DNA of 64,000 nt, from contig DAOKZI010000007.1 of NCBI GenBank assembly GCA_035325705.1, forward strand, positions 50,189 through 114,188, read 5' to 3'. The DNA is from Gammaproteobacteria bacterium (GTDB lineage Bacteria > Pseudomonadota > Gammaproteobacteria > Ga0077536). This document shows, in pieces, positions 17,507-28,127 of the stretch. Under the pieces are notes generated by a model, which saw nothing but the letters and a program-made list of their open reading frames with translations, searched no databases and had not been told where the DNA came from. Each line of letters opens with the position of its first letter. Positions within the stretch are counted from its first letter, which is position 1. The translations under genes were made by a program, and so were the position numbers.

Positions 17507-19105
17507 TCACGAGCTGCACGACAGCATCGAACACCCCGCGCGCTGCCGCGCCCATTCCGGGCGTCTGGCGGCGAAATGCTCGCGGCCCGGCTGTTCGTCA
17601 TAGGGGCGGCGCAGGACCTCGAGCTGTTCGAGGATGCGCGAGGCGTCGCCCTGCTCGGCGAGATCGATCGCTTCCTGTGCGAGCCAGTTGCGCAGCACGT
17701 ATTTCGGATTGACGCGGTTCATGCGCGCGGCGCGCGCGGCGTCCGGCGCGGCCTCTTCGCGCAAGCGCGACTGCCAGCGCGCGCACCAGGCGAGCCAGGC
17801 CGTGCGCTGGCGCTCATCGGGGCCTTCCGGCGAGTAGCTCGCCGCGATCAGCGGCGCGAGGCGCGTCGTGTCGTCCGCCGTCGCGCAGGGCACGCCGGCG
17901 AGCTCGCGGAAGGCGATCGTCATGTCCGTCTCGGCGAGCCGCAGCACGCCGAAGAAGTCCTCCGCGAGCTGCCGATCGGCGTCGTCGCGCAGCGCCTCGA
18001 GGCCGAGCTTCGCGGCGAGCACCGCCGTCCACTCGCGCGTGTAGTGCCGGCCGTAGGCGTCCAGAGCGCCTTCGAGCGCCGGCACGTCCTCGACCAGCGG
18101 ATGGATCGCGTTGGCGAGCTGCACGAGATTCCACAGCGCGATCTGCGCCTGCTGGCCGTAGCGGTAGCGGCGGCCCTGGGCGTCGGTCGTGTTCGGCGTC
18201 CAGTCGGGATCGAAGCCTTCGAGCCAGCCGTAAGGCCCGTAGTCGATCGTCAGGCCCAGGACGGACATGTTGTCCGTGTTCATCACCCCGTGCACGAAGC
18301 CGACGCGCAGCCAGTGCGCGATCATCGTCGCGGTGCGGGTCGCGATCTCGGTGAGCCACGCGACATAGCCGTCCTTCGACGGCTCACCGAGCTGCGGGTA
18401 GTCGAACTTCATGCTGTAGTCGACGAGCCGCCGCAGCAGCTCGAGATCGCGGCGCGCGGCGAGGATCTCGAAGTTGCCGAAGCGCAGGAAGCTCGGCGCG
18501 ACGCGGCAGACGACGGCACCCGGCTCGAAGCGCGCACGGCCGTCGTAGAACATGTCGCGCATCACCTGCTCACCGGTCGCGATCAGTGACAGCGCGCGCG
18601 TCGTCGGCACGCCGAGATGATGCATCGCCTCGCTGCACAGGAACTCGCGCACGGACGAGCGCAGCACCGCGAGGCCGTCGGCCGTGCGCGAGTAGGGCGT
18701 CGGTCCGGCACCCTTGAGCTGCAGCGTCCAGCGCTCGCCGGCGCGATTGAGCACCTCGCCGAGATTGATCGCGCGCCCATCGCCGAGCTGGCCGGCCCAG
18801 TGACCGAACTGGTGCCCGCCATAGCACATCGCGTGCGGATCCATGCCGGGCAGCAGCCGGTTGCCGGCGAACACGTCGGTGAACGCGGGGTCGCGACAGG
18901 CGCGCTCGTCGAGATCGAGCAGCGCCGCGCATTCCGGCGAGCAGGCGAGCAGCGCGGGCGCGCGCACGGGCGTCGGCAGCACGCGGGAATAGCAGGCGCC
19001 GAGCACCTGGCGGCGCGCGTTGCTCGTCGCCGGATCGGCGGGCAGCTCGCGCACGAAGACGTTGTCGAAGCGCAGCGCGGCGAGCGAACCGGCGGCGGCG
19101 CTCAT
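17507..19105 (-). CDS. selO: Protein adenylyltransferase SelO (YdiU/UPF0061)
   Basis: 532 aa, SelO pseudokinase pattern (...GRAINLGEV...QLKGAGPTPYSR...). Start overlaps the upstream trx-like stop (ATGA). Confidence 0.9.
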   Translation of the reverse strand: MSAAAGSLAALRFDNVFVRELPADPATSNARRQVLGACYSRVLPTPVRAPALLACSPECAALLDLDERACRDPAFTDVFAGNRLLPGMDPHAMCYGGHQFGHWAGQLGDGRAINLGEVLNRAGERWTLQLKGAGPTPYSRTADGLAVLRSSVREFLCSEAMHHLGVPTTRALSLIATGEQVMRDMFYDGRARFEPGAVVCRVAPSFLRFGNFEILAARRDLELLRRLVDYSMKFDYPQLGEPSKDGYVAWLTEIATRTATMIAHWLRVGFVHGVMNTDNMSVLGLTIDYGPYGWLEGFDPDWTPNTTDAQGRRYRYGQQAQIALWNLVQLANAIHPLVEDVPALEGALDAYGRHYTREWTAVLAAKLGLEALRDDADRQLAEDFFGVLRLAETDMTIAFRELAGVPCATADDTTRLAPLIAASYSPEGPDERQRTAWLAWCARWQSRLREEAAPDAARAARMNRVNPKYVLRNWLAQEAIDLAEQGDASRILEQLEVLRRPYDEQPGREHFAARRPEWARQRAGCSMLSCSS

Positions 19106-19596
19106 TCGCGCGCTCGCGCGATGGCGCTTTCGAGCACGGCGAGCGTCACCTCACCGGATTTGGTCGCGACGAGCTTGCGCTCGGGATCGAAGAGCAGATA
19201 GGTCGGCGTGCCGGTGAAGGCCTGCTCCGTCGCGTGCTCGAAGGCCGCGCCGACGACGTCGGCTTCACCGACCACGGTCGGGAACGAGAACGGCTTCTTC
19301 GCGACGTAGGCCCGCACGGCCTCGAGCGCGTCGTAACCATCGAGCGCGATGCCGATCACGCTCGCATCCTTGCCGTGATGTCGATCGTGGAACTCGGAGA
19401 CGATCGGATACTGCTTTCGACATATGCCGCAGTAGGTCGTCCACATCATCATCAGCGTCCAGCGCCCGGCTTCGACCTGATCGGCGAGCGTCGTGTCCTT
19501 GCCGTCGAGAGTTTTCAACGGAATGCCGCCGGCCCGGGCCGCGGAGGCCGCGAGCGCGAGCGCCAGGAGAACGGCGGTCAGGCGAAGGTGAAGCAT
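19102..19596 (-). CDS. Thioredoxin-fold thiol:disulfide oxidoreductase (TlpA/ResA-like), periplasmic
   Basis: Signal peptide MLHLRLTAVLLALALAASAARA. WTTYCGICRKQ contains a CxxC motif. 164 aa. Confidence 0.75.
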   Translation of the reverse strand: MLHLRLTAVLLALALAASAARAGGIPLKTLDGKDTTLADQVEAGRWTLMMMWTTYCGICRKQYPIVSEFHDRHHGKDASVIGIALDGYDALEAVRAYVAKKPFSFPTVVGEADVVGAAFEHATEQAFTGTPTYLLFDPERKLVATKSGEVTLAVLESAIARARE

Positions 19597-19637
19597 GAGG
19601 CCTGTGACCGCGTCGGCGCGCCGGGGTTCGCCGGCGC

Positions 19638-20573
<936 letters not shown>

Positions 20574-20676
20574 GATGTCGGTCCTGAGGCAAAGCGCTCG
20601 CACCTTAGCGGCGCCCGCCGCGGCTGTCATCTGCCGATCACAACGCGCATGCAGTGGCGCAGGCCGCATTGAAGAA

Positions 20677-20720
20677 TCGTAGCCCGGAAGGAGCGCCGCG
20701 CAGCGGCGCGGAATCCGGGT
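20677..20720. repeat. REP-like type-B hairpin
   Basis: GTAGCCCGGAAGGAGCGCCGCGCAGCGGCGCGGAATCCGGGTAAC. Confidence 0.75.
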
Positions 20721-20859
20721 AACGGGGGGCGACGATCTTTCGAACGCCGGCGACGAAGGACGCGCCGCGCCCGGATCCCGCTGCGCTCGTCCCGAGCGAC
20801 GCGAGATCGCGCGCGGCGATGGAACGGCACCGTCGGTGCTTCGAGCGATGGCCGATCCC

Positions 20860-20897
20860 GGATTCGCTGCGCTCATCCGGGCTACAAGAGGGATGAC
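20860..20897. repeat. REP-like type-C half element
   Basis: GATCCCGGATTCGCTGCGCTCATCCGGGCTACAAG. Confidence 0.7.
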
Positions 20898-20917
20898 CAA
20901 TCGTCCCGGTCTATCGG

Positions 20918-22162
20918 TCAAGAGTCTCCATCCCGCCGCGGCGGCGGAAAGCGATCCATCGTGCGCAGTTCCGGAAAAGCCTTCATGCAGCCGGCGACGA
21001 CGGCGAGCGTCGCGAAGCCGCCGAGCAGCACGGCGGGCACGAGGCCGAAGAGCTTCGCGGTGAGGCCGGACTCGAATTCGCCGAGCTCGTTCGACGAGCC
21101 GATGAAGATCGCGTTGACCGCGCTGACGCGGCCGCGGATCGCGTCCGGCGTTTCGAGCTGCACGAGCATGTGACGAATGTAGATCGAGACCATGTCGCCG
21201 GCGCCGAGCACGAAGAGGGCGGCGAGCGAGACGCCGAGATGGGTCGAAGCGCCGAATACCAGCGTCGCGACACCGAAGGCCGCGACGCCGCCGAACATCC
21301 AGCGCCCGACGTGGCGCGCGATCGGATGCGCCGCGAGCACCACCGCCGTCAGCACCGCGCCGAGGCCCGGCGCCGTGCGCAAGAGGCCGAGGCCCGCGGG
21401 CCCGACGTGCAGGACGTCGGCGGCGAAGATCGGCAGCAGCGCCGTCGCGCCGCCGAACAGCACCGCGAAGAGATCCAGCGACAGCGCACCGAGCACCGTG
21501 CGGCGGCGGAAGATGAAATGCAGGCCTTCGAGCGTGTCGCGCCAGTGCCAGCGAGCGCGTCTGGCGCGCGCGGGCATCGGCCGGATCGCGACCACGAAGC
21601 CCATCGCGCAGACGAGGAAGCCGAACACCACCCCGTACACCACGGCCGGCCCCAGCAGATACAGCAGGCCGCCGAGGCTCGGGCCGAGGATCGCCGCCGC
21701 CTGCGTGATCGTCGAATTGAGCGCGAGCGCGCGCGGAAAGACCTCGGGCGGCACGAGGTTCGGCATGATCGCCTGCCCGGTCGGCATCCACAGCGCGCGG
21801 CCCGCGCCGAACAGCGCCATCGCGACATAGACCGGCCACACCACGATCTGCGCCGTCAGCGTGAACCACAGCATCACCGAGGCGCTCAAGCCTTCGCAGG
21901 CATAGGCGCCGATCAGCACGAGCCTGCGATCGGCGAGATCGGCGATCTGGCCGGCCGGCAGCACGAGGCATACGAAGGGCACGAACTGCACGAGGCCCGT
22001 GAAGCCGAGCGCGAGCGGATCGCGCGTGATCGCATAGACCTGCCAGCCGACCGCGACGGTCAGCATCTGCCAGGCCAGCGTCGCGAGCGTGCGCGCGCCG
22101 GCGTAGAGCGCGAAATCGCGATGCTTCAGCGCATCCAGCGCGGTCGGCTGCCGCAGGCTCAC
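20918..22162 (-). CDS. MFS transporter (EntS-like, 12 TM)
   Basis: 414 aa, hydrophobic, MFS_1-like pattern. Start lies 7 nt downstream of the cinA-like stop. Confidence 0.8.
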   Translation of the reverse strand: MSLRQPTALDALKHRDFALYAGARTLATLAWQMLTVAVGWQVYAITRDPLALGFTGLVQFVPFVCLVLPAGQIADLADRRLVLIGAYACEGLSASVMLWFTLTAQIVVWPVYVAMALFGAGRALWMPTGQAIMPNLVPPEVFPRALALNSTITQAAAILGPSLGGLLYLLGPAVVYGVVFGFLVCAMGFVVAIRPMPARARRARWHWRDTLEGLHFIFRRRTVLGALSLDLFAVLFGGATALLPIFAADVLHVGPAGLGLLRTAPGLGAVLTAVVLAAHPIARHVGRWMFGGVAAFGVATLVFGASTHLGVSLAALFVLGAGDMVSIYIRHMLVQLETPDAIRGRVSAVNAIFIGSSNELGEFESGLTAKLFGLVPAVLLGGFATLAVVAGCMKAFPELRTMDRFPPPRRDGDS

Positions 22163-22169
22163 GAGGCGC

Positions 22170-22652
22170 TCAGCCGGCGGATCGGAGCGCCTCTTCGAGC
22201 AGGCTCAGCGCGGCGGCGGCGAAGGCCCACATGTTCTTCTCGCGCTCACTGCCGGCGTTCTCGATGAGCCGCGTGCGCGTCACCGGGCCGTCGACCGCCA
22301 GCGCGCACATGCCGGCCGGATGGCCGTAGCGTGAACCCGTCGGCCCCGTGGTGCCGATTTCGGCGATGGCCCAGGTCGCGCCGAGCTTCTTGCGCAGCGC
22401 CTGCGCGCAGCGGCCGACGTATTCGATCGTCAGCGGCGTGACGTGGCTCACCGCCTCGTCGGGAATGCCGAGCAGGACGCGGCGCGCTTCGCGCGTATAG
22501 ATGACGCCGCCGCCGAGGTAGTAGGCGGAGGCGCCCGGCACCGCGAGCAGGGCGGCGGACACGAGGCCTCCGGCGGACGATTCGCTGACGACCACGGTTT
22601 CACCGCGCGCCTTCAACAGCGCGGCGACTTTCTCGGCGGGGGTGGCTAGCAT
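22170..22652 (-). CDS. CinA C-terminal domain protein (nicotinamide-nucleotide amidase PncC-like)
   Basis: MLATPAEKVAALL...VSESSAGGLVSA...TGPTGS. ATG at 22650-22652 with GGAAG RBS. The upstream ATG of the ORF is rejected. Confidence 0.7.
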   Translation of the reverse strand: MLATPAEKVAALLKARGETVVVSESSAGGLVSAALLAVPGASAYYLGGGVIYTREARRVLLGIPDEAVSHVTPLTIEYVGRCAQALRKKLGATWAIAEIGTTGPTGSRYGHPAGMCALAVDGPVTRTRLIENAGSEREKNMWAFAAAALSLLEEALRSAG

Positions 22653-22693
22653 GGGGGCTTCCGGGACTCGCGACAACGAGAAAGGTGGAGGGT

Positions 22694-23698
22694 ATGTCGA
22701 TCGGCGCGGAGACTCAAATGCGCGCGTGGCGCTGCCACGCCTTCGGGGATTTCCACGCCATCGGCATCGAACGCATGCCGGCGCCGCGGCCGGCGCCCGG
22801 CGAGCTTCTGATCGACGTACGCGCGTTCGCGCCCGGCTTTCCCGACATGCTGATGGTGCAAGGCCTCTATCAGTTGAAGCCGCCGCTGCCCTTCACGCCC
22901 TGCGCGGAATTCAGCGGCGTCGTGTCCGCGCTGGGCGCAGACGTCACCGGCCATCGCCTCGGCGATGCGGTGATGGGCGTCGTGCGTTTCGGCGCCGCGG
23001 CCGAGCGTCTGGTCGTGCGTGCGAGCGACTGCCTGCCGCTGCCGGCGACGCTGGACTTCGTGCACGGCGCGGCCTTTCTGATCGCGGCGAAAACGGCCCA
23101 CGTGGCGCTGGTCGTGCGCGGGGGGCTGCAGGCCGGCGAGACGCTGCTCGTGCACGGCGCTTCCGGCGGCGTCGGGCTCGCGGCGGTCGAGCTCGGCAAG
23201 CGGCTGGGCGCGACCGTCATCGCGGCCGCGAGCGGCCCGCAGAAGCTCGCGGCCGCGCGCGCGAGGGGCGCGGATCATCTCGTCGACTATGGCGACGGCG
23301 GTTTTCGCCAGCGCGTGAAGGCGCTGACCGGCGGCCGCGGCGCGGACGTGATCTACGACCCCATCGGCGGCGACGTCTTCGATGAATCCCTCCACTGCAT
23401 CGCGATCTTCGGCCGCCTGCTCGTCATCGGCTTCGCGAGCGGGCGCATTCCGCAGGCGCCGGTCAATCTCGCGCTGATCAAGCAGATCACGATCGTCGGC
23501 GTGCGCGCCGGCGAATACGGCCGCCAGTATCCGGCCGGCGGCGCGGCCGTGAACGCGGCGCTGGCCGACTATGCGCGCAGAGGCGAGCTCCGGCCGCACG
23601 TGCACGCGACGCGGCCGTTCACCGGCCTCGTCGCGGCCTTCGACGATCTCGCGGGCCGCAAGGCGATCGGCCGCGTCGTCGTCACGATCGACGACTGA
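22694..23698 (+). CDS. Zn-independent MDR-family NADPH:quinone oxidoreductase (Qor-like)
   Basis: RBS AAGGTGGAGGG. GASGGVG Rossmann motif. 334 aa. Confidence 0.8.
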   Translation: MSIGAETQMRAWRCHAFGDFHAIGIERMPAPRPAPGELLIDVRAFAPGFPDMLMVQGLYQLKPPLPFTPCAEFSGVVSALGADVTGHRLGDAVMGVVRFGAAAERLVVRASDCLPLPATLDFVHGAAFLIAAKTAHVALVVRGGLQAGETLLVHGASGGVGLAAVELGKRLGATVIAAASGPQKLAAARARGADHLVDYGDGGFRQRVKALTGGRGADVIYDPIGGDVFDESLHCIAIFGRLLVIGFASGRIPQAPVNLALIKQITIVGVRAGEYGRQYPAGGAAVNAALADYARRGELRPHVHATRPFTGLVAAFDDLAGRKAIGRVVVTIDD

Positions 23699-23764
23699 GG
23701 CGCGGAACTTCCGCCGCGCGGCAAGGTAAGCTGCGCGGGTTCTCCGCCTACAGGACGTAGTCTC

Positions 23765-26700
23765 ATGTCGATCCGTCGCATCGTTCCCCTCGATCAAGCC
23801 CGCTGGTCGGTCGCGCCGCCGCCGGCCTGGCGGCTGCCGCGCGAGGTCGACTGGACCTTCCGCGCGCCGGCGGAGGAGGCGGTCGCGTGGCTGCTGCTCG
23901 ACGAGCAGCAGCACGTCGCCTCGCAGGCCGTCACGCGGCGCTGGGTGCGACAGCTCCTGTCGATCGCGGCGGTGCAGGCGCTGGCCCAGGTCGAGCTCGA
24001 GTTCGAGCCGGACTCGCAGTGTCTCGTCGTGCACGAGCTCGTGATCTGGCGCCTCGATCCCGACGGCGCCTGGCGCAAGCGCAGGCCCGTCGCGGCCGAG
24101 GCCTTCCTGCTGCGCCAACGCGAACAGCAGCTCGAACAGCAGATGCTGAACGGCCGCGTCTCGCTGGTCGCGCTGCTCGAGGACGTGCGCGTCGGCGACG
24201 TCGTCGATCTGGCGTGGACCGTCGAGCCGCGCGAGCGCTTGCCCGGTCTCGCCTTCACGACGTATTTCGCCTTCGCCTGGCGCTCCGCAGTCGCCCAGGC
24301 CTTCTTCACGCTGCACCTCGCCGACGAAGCGCCCGTGCGCTGGAAGCTGCATCCTGGCGGCGACGGACCCTTGCCCGCGCAGCGCGAGACCGCCGGCCTC
24401 GTCGAATGGTCGCTGCGCGCACCGCCGCGCTTCGAAGGTGAGGACAACGTGCCCGGCAGTCACTGGCACTGGCCGCTGCTCGAGATCTCGGGCTGGGACT
24501 CCTGGCAGGCCGTCGCGCGCTGCGTGTCCGAGCTGTGGGCCGATGCGCTCGCGAGCGAGCAAGCGGAAGTGGCGGCGGAGGCCGCGCGGCTCGGCGAGGG
24601 CGTGAGCCCCGAGCAGGCCATCCTCGAGGCCATCCGCTTCGTGCAGGAGGACGTGCGCTATCTCGCCGTCGACTTCGGCCACGGCGCAGGCCTGCTGCCG
24701 AGCGGCGCGGGCAGCGCGCTGCGCCGTCGCTTCGGCGACTGCAAGGACAAGAGCGTGCTGCTGGCGGCGCTGCTGCGCGCACTCGGCGTCGATGCCTGGC
24801 CCGTGCTCGTCGCCAGTCAGTGGCGCGCGGCGGTCGCGCGGCTGATGCCTTCGGCCTATGCCTTCGATCACGCGATCGTCGGCTTCGAGTGGCAGGGCAC
24901 GCGCCACTACGTCGATCCGACGCTGATCGGCCAGCGCGGCGATCTCGCGCATCGCGTGCCGCCGCCCTACGGCGTCGGGCTCGATGTGCGGCCGACGACG
25001 ATCGCCCTGAGCGAGCTGCCGCCCGCGCCGCCGACCACGCTGAGCCTCGTCGAGCACTTCGAGCTCGATCGCCGCGGCAAAGGGCGCGTCACGCAGACGC
25101 TCAGCGTCGACGGCGTCTTCGCCGACGATCTGCGCGCGACGCTGTTGCGCGAAGGCCGCCAGTCCTTCGCGAAGCATCGTGCGGACACCTTGCAGCAGCG
25201 CTTCCCCGCGCTCGTCGCCGATCTCGAGGCGACGCGCTTCGACGACGACGCCGCGGCCAACGCGCTGAGCGTCGATGCCAGCCACGCGCTGCCGACCTGG
25301 GGCAAGCCCGGCGACAAGCCGCCGCCGGTGTTCGTCTACGGCGCTTACGGCCTGCTGCTCGGGCTCGACACCGTCGATGAGCGCGACACGCGCCGCCAGC
25401 CCTGGGCCCTGCGCTATCCGATGAAGCTGCACCATCTCGTGATCGTGCGCGGCCGCTGCGTGCACAAGGTGAAGCCGAGCCGCTTCGAGCACGGCGGGCC
25501 GGGTTTCCGCTATCGCTGCGAGGTGAAGTCGAAACGTCACGAAGCGAGCTTCGATTACACCTGGGAGACGACGAGCGCCGCGGTCGGCGCCGAGGACTGG
25601 GCCGCCTATCGCGCGCAGCGCGCGACGGCGCTCGAGCAGACGGGTGCGCTCGTCAACACGCAGGGCATGACCTTCCAGCGGGCGCTGCGGATCGGCGTCG
25701 GCGTGCTGATCGCGACGCTGTGGGCAGCGGGCTTCATCGCGCGTCAGCTCGACGATCGCGGCGGCCGGCTGAACGGGGCGGATCGCGTGCAGGCCGTGCG
25801 CGAAGTCGACGCGGCCGCCGAGGCGCTGAGGCGCAACGACTTCGCGACGGCCTACGCGCGCTTCGCGCCGATCGTGCAGCACTTCGAGGACAGCTTCGAC
25901 GTCCAGTGCCGGTGGGCCGAAGCGGCGCTGCGCACGGGACATCTGGACGAGGCCGCCGCCGCGATCGCGCGGGCGCGCAAGCTGCAGCCGGATCACGTGC
26001 TGCCGCGGCATCTCGAGGCTCTGCTCGCCGAGGCGCGCGGCGACTTCGCCGCCGCGCGGCGGACGCTGGACGAGCTCGCGCAGCAGCCGGACGCCGAGCC
26101 GCGCGTGCTCGTCGATCGCGCGCGCACCGTCGAGCGCCTCGGTGATGCGGCCGGCGCGCGCGCGGCCTGGGCAGCGGTGCTCGCGAAGCAGCCCGCGCAG
26201 CCGGACGCGCTCTATGGTCTTGCGCATCTCCTGTGGCTAGGCGGCGAGCGCGAGCGCGCGGACGCGCTGATCGAGGACGCGATCGGCGCGCAGCCGGCGC
26301 CCAGCGCCGCGATCGAGTCGACGCTGACGCGCTACTACGCGGCCACCGGCCGCAGCGATCTCGCGCTGGCCTCGGCGCGGCGCGCCAAGGCGCTCGCACC
26401 CGCCGATCCGATCGTCGTGCGCCAGTACGCGATGGCCCAGCTCAAAGCCGGCGACGCCGACGCGGCGGTCGAAACCGCGCAGGCGATGACGAAGTCCTTC
26501 CCCGACGACGCGCTGGCTTGGAGCGCGCTCGCGATTGCCGCCGCCGTCGCACAGCAGTATGGGCTCGCGGATTCCGCCTTCACGCGCTGGAGCGAGCTCG
26601 CGCCGGCCGATCCGGAAGCGCCGGCGAGCCTCGGCTACTTTCTGCACCTCGCCGGCAAGAACGAACGCGCCCGCGAAGTGCTGGCGCAGGGCATCGAGCA

Positions 26701-26836
26701 CTTTCCCGCGTACGGCATGCTGTGGCTCAACTACGCCGTCGTGCTCGAAGCCCTCGGCGATCCCGCGGCCGCGGACGCGAGACGCAAGGCCGCCGCGCTG
26801 CTGACGCCGGAGCAGAAGGCCGCGGTGGTGAGATGA
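23765..26836 (+). CDS. Large DUF3857/transglutaminase-like cysteine-protease-fold protein with C-terminal TPR repeats
   Basis: GDCKDKSVLLAALLRALGVDAWPVLV (TGase-like Cys). An internal hydrophobic segment near residue 650. C-terminal 350 aa contain about 8 TPR-like repeats. Confidence 0.7.
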   Translation: MSIRRIVPLDQARWSVAPPPAWRLPREVDWTFRAPAEEAVAWLLLDEQQHVASQAVTRRWVRQLLSIAAVQALAQVELEFEPDSQCLVVHELVIWRLDPDGAWRKRRPVAAEAFLLRQREQQLEQQMLNGRVSLVALLEDVRVGDVVDLAWTVEPRERLPGLAFTTYFAFAWRSAVAQAFFTLHLADEAPVRWKLHPGGDGPLPAQRETAGLVEWSLRAPPRFEGEDNVPGSHWHWPLLEISGWDSWQAVARCVSELWADALASEQAEVAAEAARLGEGVSPEQAILEAIRFVQEDVRYLAVDFGHGAGLLPSGAGSALRRRFGDCKDKSVLLAALLRALGVDAWPVLVASQWRAAVARLMPSAYAFDHAIVGFEWQGTRHYVDPTLIGQRGDLAHRVPPPYGVGLDVRPTTIALSELPPAPPTTLSLVEHFELDRRGKGRVTQTLSVDGVFADDLRATLLREGRQSFAKHRADTLQQRFPALVADLEATRFDDDAAANALSVDASHALPTWGKPGDKPPPVFVYGAYGLLLGLDTVDERDTRRQPWALRYPMKLHHLVIVRGRCVHKVKPSRFEHGGPGFRYRCEVKSKRHEASFDYTWETTSAAVGAEDWAAYRAQRATALEQTGALVNTQGMTFQRALRIGVGVLIATLWAAGFIARQLDDRGGRLNGADRVQAVREVDAAAEALRRNDFATAYARFAPIVQHFEDSFDVQCRWAEAALRTGHLDEAAAAIARARKLQPDHVLPRHLEALLAEARGDFAAARRTLDELAQQPDAEPRVLVDRARTVERLGDAAGARAAWAAVLAKQPAQPDALYGLAHLLWLGGERERADALIEDAIGAQPAPSAAIESTLTRYYAATGRSDLALASARRAKALAPADPIVVRQYAMAQLKAGDADAAVETAQAMTKSFPDDALAWSALAIAAAVAQQYGLADSAFTRWSELAPADPEAPASLGYFLHLAGKNERAREVLAQGIEHFPAYGMLWLNYAVVLEALGDPAAADARRKAAALLTPEQKAAVVR

Positions 26837-26842
26837 GTATCT

Positions 26843-26940
26843 TCGTAGCCCGGGTGGAGCGCGCAGCGCGCAACCCGGGATCGGGCGTCTCGAAGCGCTG
26901 AAGATCCCGGGTTTCGCTACGCTGCACCCGGGCTACGAAG
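26843..26940. repeat. REP-like type-A element (two palindromic arms)
   Basis: TCGTAGCCCGGGTGGAGCGCGCAGCGCGCAACCCGGGATC ... GATCCCGGGTTTCGCTACGCTGCACCCGGGCTACGAAG. Confidence 0.85.
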
Positions 26941-27094
26941 AAACAGACCTACGAATCTACGAATCTCGTGGCGCGGAATCCGGAACGCGCCGGTCGCCCC
27001 GATACGCGGCGTTGCACTGCGATTCTACGTCGCGCTTTCTCTTGCCCTGCGTGCGCGGTACAAGATCGCACACTCACGACGAGGGAGAGCTGCC

Positions 27095-28117
27095 ATGCGG
27101 TTCGGCTTCATGCTCGATTTTCGCAATCCCCAGCGCTGGCACATGCCGTCGCCGGCCTTCTATCGGGCGATGATCGAGCACACGGTGCGCTGCGAGGAAT
27201 GGGGCTACGACCACGTGTGGCTCACCGAGCACCACTTCACGGACGATGCCTACAACCCGGCTTCGCTGTCGATGGCCGCGGCGCTCGCCGTACGCACGCA
27301 GCGCATCCGTATCGGCACTTTCGTACTGCTGCTGCCCTTCATCCACCCCGTGCGCGCCGCCGAGGACGCGATCCTCGCCGACATCCTGTCAAACGGCCGC
27401 TTCGATCTCGGCGTCGGCCAGGGCTATACGCACGAGGAGTTCGATGCGTTCTGCGTCGATCGCGCGGAGCGCGCGCCGCGCCTCAAGGAAGGCATCGAGC
27501 TGATCCGCCGCCTCTTCACGGAAGAGAAAGTCACCTTCGACGGCCGCTTTACGCAGACCAAGGACATGACGCTGACGCCGCGCTGCGTGCAGACGCCGCA
27601 CATCCCGATCTGGATCGGCGCGCGCGGACCGAAGGCGATCGAGCGCGCGGCGCAGATGGGCGCGCACCTGATGACGACGCTGGGGCCGGATCCCGCGCCG
27701 CTGTATCTCGACACCTTGAAGCGCCTCGGCAAGGACCCGGCGCAGTTCAAGATCGCGCAGCTCCGCATGGTCTACGTCGCGGAGAACGACGATCTCGCGT
27801 GGGCGCAGGCGCAGCGCCACCTGTGGCACGTGTTCGGCTATTACGCCGAGGTCTTGAAGAAAGCTGCGGACGTCGAGGGCGACGATCGGCCGATCCTGTG
27901 CGAGCGCGCGGAGGACATCCGGCATTCGCCGCTGGCCGAGTTCCTGTTCGTCGGCTCGCCGGACACCGTCGCGCGCAAGTTCGAGGCCTTCCTGCATCAC
28001 TTCCCGTGCACGGACTTCATCATGTCGACGCATTTCGCGGGCATCGATCCCGCGCTCAGCACGCGCTCGATGGAGCTCTTCGCGCAAGAAATCATGCCGG
28101 CCTTCCGGTCCCGCTGA
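27095..28117 (+). CDS. LLM-class flavin-dependent oxidoreductase (luciferase-like monooxygenase)
   Basis: RBS GAGGGAGAG. MRFGFML...GYDHVWLTEHHF... 340 aa. Confidence 0.85.
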   Translation: MRFGFMLDFRNPQRWHMPSPAFYRAMIEHTVRCEEWGYDHVWLTEHHFTDDAYNPASLSMAAALAVRTQRIRIGTFVLLLPFIHPVRAAEDAILADILSNGRFDLGVGQGYTHEEFDAFCVDRAERAPRLKEGIELIRRLFTEEKVTFDGRFTQTKDMTLTPRCVQTPHIPIWIGARGPKAIERAAQMGAHLMTTLGPDPAPLYLDTLKRLGKDPAQFKIAQLRMVYVAENDDLAWAQAQRHLWHVFGYYAEVLKKAADVEGDDRPILCERAEDIRHSPLAEFLFVGSPDTVARKFEAFLHHFPCTDFIMSTHFAGIDPALSTRSMELFAQEIMPAFRSR

Positions 28118-28127
28118 GGAGAAGCTC

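Noticed and set aside
17339-18589. 416-aa plus-strand ORF antisense to selO
   Set aside because: Composition artefact. selO is conserved throughout.
22646-26227. 1193-aa minus-strand ORF
   Set aside because: Antisense to the Qor-like and transglutaminase/TPR genes. It is extremely Arg/Ala-rich with no domains.
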